A DNA stretch of 29,405 nt from assembly GCA_009602725.1 (NCBI GenBank), contig WELB01000022.1:799389-828793 (forward strand), written 5' to 3'. The notes under the pieces are model-generated. The model was not told the origin of the DNA and did not search any database. It saw only the letters and a program-made list of their open reading frames with translations. This stretch comes from Spirogloea muscicola (taxonomy: Eukaryota). The first letter of the stretch is position 1; each line of letters begins with the position of its first letter. A program made the translations under genes and the position numbers. Positions 22,001 through 29,405 of this stretch are shown here, piece after piece.

Positions 22001-22543
22001 CACTCGTCAGCCATGCGGGCCGCTGCAGCCAGCCACGGGCTAACAGCTGCAGCAGCAATGCTTGAGATTATGGGCAGCAGTGACAGCTCAAGGGCGGCTA
22101 TAGGGTTCATGGTTTAGGAATAGGGTCTACGGCCAGAAGGCTTTGGAATTTGGGGTCAAGGCTGGCCTTCGACCACTTAGCCACAAAGCCATGACACGGC
22201 GGCAGAAGCCGCGAGCTTCTGCCGCATTGGCTCACCAAAACGCAACGGCCAATTTGGAGCTGCCAGCTTGGAACTTGAAGCGGTGTTTGACGACTGTAAG
22301 GCTTCGGACTATGTCCAATTCTTGTGCATCTGTTGTCCATCCCGCTCTTCAATTATGATTAGTGCACACTAAGTAAGAGTCAAGTGGAGAGATAATTGAG
22401 CGGTTTGGCGCAGGACGCCCTGCGCCTGGGAGGGGGCGCTGCACCTCGCGGAGGGCGGCCTCGTGGCCGCCGAGGAGCTCGCGGAGGCCGTCGCCGCAGT
22501 CGAGCCGGCTGCCGCGCAGCGCCTCCGCCGCCGGGCCGCCGCC
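19095..22543 (-). CDS. FANCL: Fanconi anaemia E3 ubiquitin ligase FANCL, 5' end in the gap (exons >22543-22445, 21975-21919, 21671-21600, 21465-21395, 21245-21167, 21052-20978, 20786-20672, 20332-20275, 20167-20096, 19846-19695, 19563-19422, 19164-19095)
   Basis: FFLELRDML; AAFYSLLLDELAQVGWERM; DSAGRQHALRLTFPATYPEHPP..DLP; ELWNCIDDLDANTLVLEPERPTRSDTFRRIALG; PRSLPDCQFTG; RING DCGICY..CNNDACGRPFHQACLARWLQSLLTTRRSFDTLFGRCPYC; all junctions phase-compatible. Confidence 0.93.
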
Positions 22544-23164
22544 NNNNNNNNNNNNNNNNNNNNNNNNNNNNNNNNNNNNNNNNNNNNNNNNNNNNNNNNN
22601 NNNNNNNNNNNNNNNNNNNNNNNNNNNNNNNNNNNNNNNNNNNNNNNNNNNNNNNNNNNNNNNNNNNNNNNNNNNNNNNNNNNNNNNNNNNNNNNNNNNN
22701 NNNNNNNNNNNNNNNNNNNNNNNNNNNNNNNNNNNNNNNNNNNNNNNNNNNNNNNNNNNNNNNNNNNNNNNNNNNNNNNNNNNNNNNNNNNNNNNNNNNN
22801 NNNNNNNNNNNNNNNNNNNNNNNNNNNNNNNNNNNNNNNNNNNNNNNNNNNNNNNNNNNNNNNNNNNNNNNNNNNNNNNNNNNNNNNNNNNNNNNNNNNN
22901 NNNNNNNNNNNNNNNNNNNNNNNNNNNNNNNNNNNNNNNNNNNNNNNNNNNNNNNNNNNNNNNNNNNNNNNNNNNNNNNNNNNNNNNNNNNNNNNNNNNN
23001 NNNNNNNNNNNNNNNNNNNNNNNNNNNNNNNNNNNNNNNNNNNNNNNNNNNNNNNNNNNNNNNNNNNNNNNNNNNNNNNNNNNNNNNNNNNNNNNNNNNN
23101 NNNNNNNNNNNNNNNNNNNNNNNNNNNNNNNNNNNNNNNNNNNNNNNNNNNNNNNNNNNNNNNN
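22544..23164. other. Assembly gap (N run) in the GC island containing the FANCL and FolD 5' ends
   Basis: N run preceded by ccgccgccgggccgccgcc and followed by very GC-rich sequence. Confidence 0.95.
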
Positions 23165-23675
23165 GGAGAGCGTGCTCTCGGAGCGATTGGCGCCGGCGGC
23201 GCCGCCGGGCCGCCGGCCCTCGGCGCACTGGTGGGGCGGCTTCGACAACTGGCGTCCCGCGCCGGGCCTGCCGCCGTGCGGCGCGCTCCTCCGCGGCGGC
23301 GAAGGTCGGACCTCGCTGCCTTGCCGCCATGTCCGTGCTCGCTCCCCGAAGGTCCTGTCGCAAGGGTTTGGAGCTCGCTCAGGGTTTAAGAGGCGCTGGC
23401 GGCAGTGGCCAGCGGCTCTGCCTTGCGCCAACGTCCTGTGCCATCCCATGCCGTACTCGCAATCTTACTGCTCTTCTTCTATGACCGGCCATCATGTTTG
23501 CAGATGAACGTATATCTAGAGTCAATGCACGGAAAGAGTACGAGATTTACTATCGTTGTACTATGAGAGGTGCCATTTGTCATACTAGCACTTCGCATCG
23601 TGAGTCCAGCACTCAGGTTGCAGCTTAATTTCCCAACTGACTCCCACATTCCGCCGCACTGCCTCCGTGATGCAG

Positions 23676-25680
23676 CCGCCACGTCAACGGAGGTGGCAGC
23701 CATCATCAACGGCAAGGCAATTGCCGAGGAGATCCGCGCAGAGATAGCCGAGGAGGTGGAGGCGATGCGCGCGGCCGTGGGCAAGGTCCCCGGCCTCGCG
23801 GTCGTGCTCGTGGGCACCCGCAAGGACTCGGAGACGTACGTGCGCAGCAAGCGCAAGGCCTGCGCCATGGCGGGCATCGCGTCGTTCGGCGTCGACCTCC
23901 CCGAGGACGCGTCGGAGGGCGAGGTCCTGGCTGCCGTCGAGGGCTTTAACGCAGACCCGGCCGTGCACGGCGTGCTCGTCCAGCTGCCGCTGCCCAAGGT
24001 GCTCTGCTGCCTGCCGAGGGGGTCCTATAGACGGTCTACCTCTTCACAGCAACCCCTAGCACTGATGGCAGTACAGTCTCATCACCTTCTTCTGTTGACT
24101 TTGCACAAGATACACTGTTAGTACTCCTATTTGTTTCAGGCTGAGTCTCCGCTGGCGCCGGCCCGGCGCTCGCGCTGTCAATGTGCAGCACATGAGCGAG
24201 GAGCGCATCGTGGGTGCAGTGAGCCTGGAGAAGGACGTGGACGGCTTCCATCCTGTGAACATCGGGCGGCTGGCCATGACAGGACGCCAACCACGATTCC
24301 TGCCCTGCACACCCAAAGGCTGCCTCGAGCTCCTCGTCAGGTCTCTGCTGCTGCACTTCTGCGCTAGACCTTGCTAATGATTGCTATGCACTATGAGTTC
24401 AGCTCCTAGCGAAGATCATTTTACTGGGCAGTCAAACCGCCAGAGCCTACTGAAATCACCAAGGCTGAAGGTGCCATTCTTAGCCTTTTCAGCATCTTTA
24501 TCCGAAGCAACACAATGAGCGGGGATGGTGCTGCATGCTCCAGCAGCTGCAGGCTGCAGATCGAGCTCCTCATGTAACCACGGGGTCCTGCTCTCACAGG
24601 TCAGGCGCTGAGCTGGATGGCAAGCGCGCGGTGGTGATTGGCCGCAGCAATGTTGTCGGCATGCCCGCTGCGCTGCTGCTCCAGGTCAGGCTCCTCCCTT
24701 GCCCGAGCTCCCGGAACGTTGCGCGTGCTTTTCCGTGTGCTGCAAACCCTCCAAGCAGAAGTACCTAATCTGCACACCTTCTTGCATACAAAGTATACTT
24801 GTGAGCATGAAGTATACCAATGGGCTCGTGGGGGTCCTGTGCATATTAGCAGATAATTAGTGCTCCTTCTTCCCGTGACCCAAAAAATCGAGATGTAGAT
24901 CTCATGACCTGTGCGTTAGTTAGACAAAGAGGTGCAACTCTCAGTTCAGCATCTACTGCTTCTTGATATGCTACCTTTCTGTATAATGCATTCTATGCTA
25001 GGAGCTTCTACTACTCGACTTCATGTTGTGGTTGGCCCCTTATGCAGAGATATAACGCGACGGTGACAGTCGTGCACTCGCACACGCAGCAGCCCGAGGC
25101 AATTTCACGTGAGGCAGACATCATTATCGCTGGTGCAGGCGTGGCCAATCTCGTGCGTGGCGACTGGATCAAGCCTGGGGCGATTGTGATCGATGTCGGC
25201 ATCAACCCTGTCGAGGTGCCAAGCCGCGAACTCACATAAGCAAACAATCCCATTCCATTACTTGCTCCCTGACCTGTGGTCATTCTGAGTGCAGTGACTC
25301 GCTGCGCATACTCTATACTTGATGACATTTTGCTGTACGTTTGTGCATTCATACTTCGGTGAAGAGAATACAAGCTGGAATAAGTCCGTGAGGGTCAAGA
25401 TACTCGTGCTTGATTTGCTGTAGAATTGAGGAACGCTACTGAAAGTAAAGATTACCCAGTCTTCGCTGTTATTTGAGATGATAAGAACCCGTTTGCACTC
25501 CAGGATGCCAATACCAAAAGGGGCTACCGGCTGGTGGGCGATGTGTGCTTTGAAGAGGCAAGGCACGTTGCGTCAGCCATCACTCCCGTTCCCGGCGGCG
25601 TTGGGCCAATGACTATCGCCATGCTCCTGGCCAACACACTGCTGGCTGCCAAGCGCGCCTACGGTCTCATCGATGACTGA
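23676..25680 (+). CDS. folD: Bifunctional 5,10-methylene-THF dehydrogenase/cyclohydrolase (exons 23676-23998, 24189-24340, 24600-24684, 25048-25215, 25504-25680; probable upstream exon ending at 23304 encoding an N-terminal extension)
   Basis: [118 protein letters not shown]. Confidence 0.97.
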
Positions 25681-25970
25681 GCTCATGTATTCAAGTATCT
25701 GCCGCCCGTGGAGCAGCCAGCGCTTTGGCTGCTCTGCTACCGCAGTAGCGATTCTTTTATTCGTGCAGGTGGGCCGAGCTTGCAATGCAGGCCGCTCTCT
25801 CTGGAAAATGCATCTAGCAGTATGACAAAAGGATAGCCTTCACAGAAGATGGCGATGGCTGTTAGAGGCCAGCCCAAAGTAAAGAAAGTGGCTCTTTCAA
25901 AGTGGGCGAGGGCTGTTTCGAGCCCGAAAATGGGATAATAGGGTCTAATAGGCCGAAAAGCGCTACAAGC

Positions 25971-26061
25971 ACACGGCTATGCAAGTGGCCACATCTGGAA
26001 GCTCAGTCACCCCTGGTCAGCAGCAGCAAGTCGGAGTAAGTTGCAGCTCGGAAAGTGTCAC
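25971..26061 (+). repeat. Diverged direct repeat, copy A (about 90 bp)
   Basis: acacggctatgcaag...tggaagctcagt...gtcagcagcagcaagtcggagtaagttgcagctcggaaagtgtcac aligns with 26819-26912. Confidence 0.75.
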
Positions 26062-26818
26062 CCCAAGGAATGCACAACCTCTGAACGGGCCGGAGACGGT
26101 ATAGTACGAACCTACTCTGCATGACTTCTGCGAGTCGACGCTTCACTATTATCTGATCAACAAATGCAGGTCGGAGACAGTAAATGGTGGAAAAGTGTCA
26201 CCCTGTCGAAACCTGGAGAGAGCGGCCAAGGCGCGGCCTGCTCGGATGTGCCCAGCAAATGCCAAGAAGTGTTTCGGAGAGAGAGCAAGTCTTTTCCTGT
26301 GTATAGTCTTATTCTGTCTGATTCTGTTGTTCTTTAAGCCAGCAATTCGACGGCGTTGAAGCTGGCATGCTCAAGCTCGCTCTGCTGCCTTTGACAGCAA
26401 GTTACAGCATGTCGTGCAGGCTGCTGGAGTAGGTCGCAAGTCCCTCACGCCCTTGGACGTCATTCGCAAGCGCGAAGATACTCGTCACTGGCAGGCTGAT
26501 ATACGTACGCTATATCTTACCAGGCACCCTTTCAATTTGTCACCTCAGCTACCACTTGTCATTAGCAAAGAAAGCGAGCTCTTCCATGGGAACTGTGAAC
26601 GGGGCTGTGAAAAGCCAGCCCAGAAAGACCAGCCCAGAATGGACAACGTCCATACAAGATAAACTCTTCCAAGTACTGGTTGATGGCTGTGATTGGCCAG
26701 CCCAGAAGAAAGGAATGAACAAAGTCAACAATGACAAGGACAAGGACAAGGTCCAAAATGCTTCAAGAGTAGAAGAAGTGGCACACAAATGAGTGTGTCA
26801 AGTGATGGAGGGCCTGTG

Positions 26819-26912
26819 ACACAGCTATGCAAGAGACTACAGCTTATGGAAGCTTAGTAAGCCCGAGTCAGCAGCCGCAAGTCGGAGTAACTTGAAGCTG
26901 GAAAAGAGGCAC
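26819..26912 (+). repeat. Diverged direct repeat, copy B
   Basis: acacagctatgcaag...tggaagcttagt...gtcagcagccgcaagtcggagtaacttgaagctggaaaagaggcac. Confidence 0.75.
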
Positions 26913-27016
26913 TTTGACGAAACCCAGACAGCTCAAGTCAAATGCAGCAGCTTGGTCAGGTGGTGGCAGCCATCAGGGCCTCACTGCGGCTGGCAGAGGC
27001 TAGACGCCGCAGCGAC

Positions 27017-28400
27017 ATGGCGGCCGTGACGGCGCCTGGGACGCCAGCCTGCACAGCAAGCCACCGCAGAGCTCGGCGGCTTGCTGCTGCCTTTGTGGGC
27101 AAGCCTGCAGCTGTGCCGACGAGGGCGCTGCGGCCAGCCGCCACACTCAGCAGCGGCGGCGGCGCAGGCAGCAGCGGCGGCGGCGGAGGCGGCGGCGCGG
27201 TCGTGCGCGAGGTCCTCGAGCGCGCGGGGCGGACGAAGCTGGACGAGCGGCCGGACAGCCGCTTCTACGCTTCCCCGCGCTTTGTGGGCGCCCAACGCCG
27301 CCGCCTCTGCCAACGCCGCTGCTGGCCGGACGCGGCGCGGCCTTCGCCGGCAGCTCACGACGGCGGCCATGGCGGCGGCGGCGGCGGCGGCGGCAGGTGA
27401 CCCACGTGGACGACAGCTTCCTGGGCAGGCTGACGGCACTGTACGCCGAGCGCGTGCCGGACGGCAGTGACGTCCTCGACTTCATGAGCTCCTGGGTCAG
27501 CCACCTTCCGGAGCGCGCTGCATACCGCAGCGTCACTGGCCATGGCCTCAGCGCTGCCGAGCTGGCGCGCAACCCTCGCCTCGGGCGGTCCATTGTCCAA
27601 GACCTCAACAAAGGTCCCTCGCTGCTGCCGCCACCTTTTGCTGCCAGCAACTGGGGTTACGTGACTAAGCAAGCATTGTAGCATTAAATTCGTGATTTTC
27701 TTTGACAGTCCAGATACGATATTTCGGGCTTGATCTATTCCTACTGACGTGCTGCAATCAAATCTTGATTCACATGCAGACCCGCAGCTACGCGAGGTTG
27801 CAGACTGTAGCATCGACGCGGCGCTGTGTGCAGTGAGCGTGCAGTACTTGCAGCAGCCTGAGGCAGTGTTTGCAGAGGTGTACCGCACCTTGCGCCCTGG
27901 CGGCGTTTTCATTGTCAGCTTCAGCAATCGCATGTTTTACGACAAGGCAAGTGCCCGATTCAGCACGCCTTAGCTTGGAGCAACGTCTGCACAACACAGC
28001 GTGCTCTAATCCGATGGAGTGCGAGACCAAGACCTCAAGGAATGCTCAAACCTCCATGCTCCTATAGAATTTCGGCAATGTCCCACCAACCGCACCCCTC
28101 CTCCCCACTGTGGTTGGCATGTCCCCACAGGCAATCGCGGCATGGCGTGACAGCACCGCTTTTGGCCGTGTTCTCCTCGTCAAGCAGTACTTCCAGTGCG
28201 TGCGCGGCTTCACAGAGCCCGAGGTCGTCCAACACTTGCCTTCCGAGGCGCCCTCATCTTCTGCCACCAGCAACGGGCTGCTGCGGCTCCTCCAGGAGCT
28301 TCTTCGGCGCTCATCACCAGCTGATCCCTTCTATGCCGTCATTGCATACCGCAACTTCAAGCCGGCTGCAGTGACCACCAGATTTCAAAGGCAGCAATAG
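27017..28400 (+). CDS. Class I SAM-dependent methyltransferase (Methyltransf_11 type, plant/cyanobacterial PRFVTHVDD family) with a probable plastid transit peptide (exons 27017-27283, 27397-27613, 27780-27946, 28131-28400)
   Basis: RTKLDERPDSRFYASPRF|VTHVDD..VLDFMSSWVSHLP..GHGLSAAELARNPRL..VQDLN..CAVSVQYLQQPEAVFAEVYRTLRPGGVFIVSFSNRMFYDK|AIAAW..VKQYFQ..GFTEPE..DPFYAVIAYRNF; Ala/Arg/Ser-rich N-terminus. Confidence 0.88.
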
Positions 28401-28722
28401 CAGCAACTTTTAGCAGCTGCCGATGTGGACAATAGCAGATACGACTTCAGCTGCAACCTGCAGCTCCTCTCTGGCCACCTAAGTCTCTCCCCTGGACCCT
28501 GAGACCCCCGCCCTCAAGGCCGCCTCCACTGGTGCAAACTCAAGCAGTACGGGGCGGGTTGCCTGACTGGATGGCCGCCCAGGTCATTGAGCGTGCCAGG
28601 ACTGGCTTGCTGCCAGTGCACGGACCTGCAGAGGGGCGGCAGAAAGAATAAAAGAACGCAGAACGCAGGCGCCACATGAAGGCTAGGCTGCGCTTCTGCA
28701 ATGGGACAATGGCAAAGGCTTA

Positions 28723-29346
28723 TCACTCCGTTGCGAGATCAAATGGGGGATCCTCGCTCTCCCCCCTGAGCTCTGAGTCAGGCACTGCCTGTACGGGCCA
28801 CGCTGGCGATGAGGGTACTGCAGGCGGCTGCGGCGGCCCTGGTAGCGGCTTCTTCCGGCTCACGCGGCCCAATGCCTTCTGCTTATACCGACGGCGCATC
28901 CGTGCAAGACGCTCCTTCTGTCGCCGCGCCTTGTCCGCCTTCTCACGTTGCCGTGCAAGCCGCTCCTTCTCTGCGAGCCCCGCCCAAACTATGTCCCCAG
29001 TGTGTGGCCAGATCCAGTGCCGCTCCGGTTTTGCCACATCCGCCTCCTCTGCGCGTGCCTCGTCCATCTCCTGCTCGACATGCCCCTCTGTCGTGTCAGC
29101 TGCTGCGATCCGAATGGCCACGCCTGCTTGAAAACTGCAGTAACGGGGCAGGTGGCAATGGCGGCAAACCTTGAGGAGGGAGCGGGCGAAGAACCTGCGC
29201 CAACGGCGCTGGCCCTCGCGCTCAGCGAGCAGGTGCTGCTCTGTCATCGCTCCAGTGGTGGTGTCCACAAGCACCAGCCGCTTGCCACTGTGGTACGCCC
29301 ACACCGCCACCATGCGCTCCAGCAGCCGGCAGTAGCAGTGCTGCGC
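28723..29346 (-). CDS. 3' end of a plant glycosyltransferase-family protein (At5g04480/At4g01210-like C-terminus); exons ~29346-29170 and 29070-28723; gene continues beyond the window
   Basis: HCYCRLLERMVAVWAYHSGKRLVLVD..TG.MTEQH..FF..SLLK|EMDEARAEEAD..WIWPHTGDIVWAG..EKE..RYKQKALG matches the recalled C-terminal motif order of these land-plant proteins (HCYCR..VWAYHS..MDEDLAE.AD..WLWPLTGEV.W.G..YKQKSLG). Confidence 0.78.
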   Translation of the reverse strand, partial: AQHCYCRLLERMVAVWAYHSGKRLVLVDTTTGAMTEQHLLAEREGQRRWRRFFARSLLKVCRHCHLPRYCSFQAGVAIRIAAADTTEGHVEQEMDEARAEEADVAKPERHWIWPHTGDIVWAGLAEKERLARQREKADKARRQKERLARMRRRYKQKALGRVSRKKPLPGPPQPPAVPSSPAWPVQAVPDSELRGESEDPPFDLATE

Positions 29347-29405
29347 CTGCATCAGTGGATTGCCGGCGGTCACAGTCCGTGCTCAGCTTCCGGTCAAAGG
29401 GGGGG

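Overview
Gene-dense, intron-rich eukaryotic nuclear DNA, most likely from a streptophyte green alga (inferred from land-plant-like proteins and TTTAGGG-type repeats). Eight spliced protein-coding genes were reconstructed by hand: the 3' end of RPB2 (+), SPT6 (+, about 22 exons), EMC4 (-), CFAP20/BUG22 (+), FANCL (-), FolD (+), a class I SAM methyltransferase (+) and the 3' end of an At5g04480/At4g01210-like glycosyltransferase (-). Three N gaps all fall inside (GCC/GGC)n-rich islands at gene 5' ends. The most unusual signals are architectural: (1) about 6 of about 52 reconstructed introns need GC-AG splicing; (2) degenerate telomere-like TTTAGGG/CCCTAAA tracts cluster in promoters and 5' introns around the GC islands, including an inverted pair inside one CFAP20 intron; (3) several 5' introns carry (GCC)n/(GGC)n tracts against the splice sites with no polypyrimidine tract; (4) two head-to-head gene pairs. 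No intact mobile element, RNA gene or clearly novel protein family was seen. Family assignments come from recalled motifs, not database searches.
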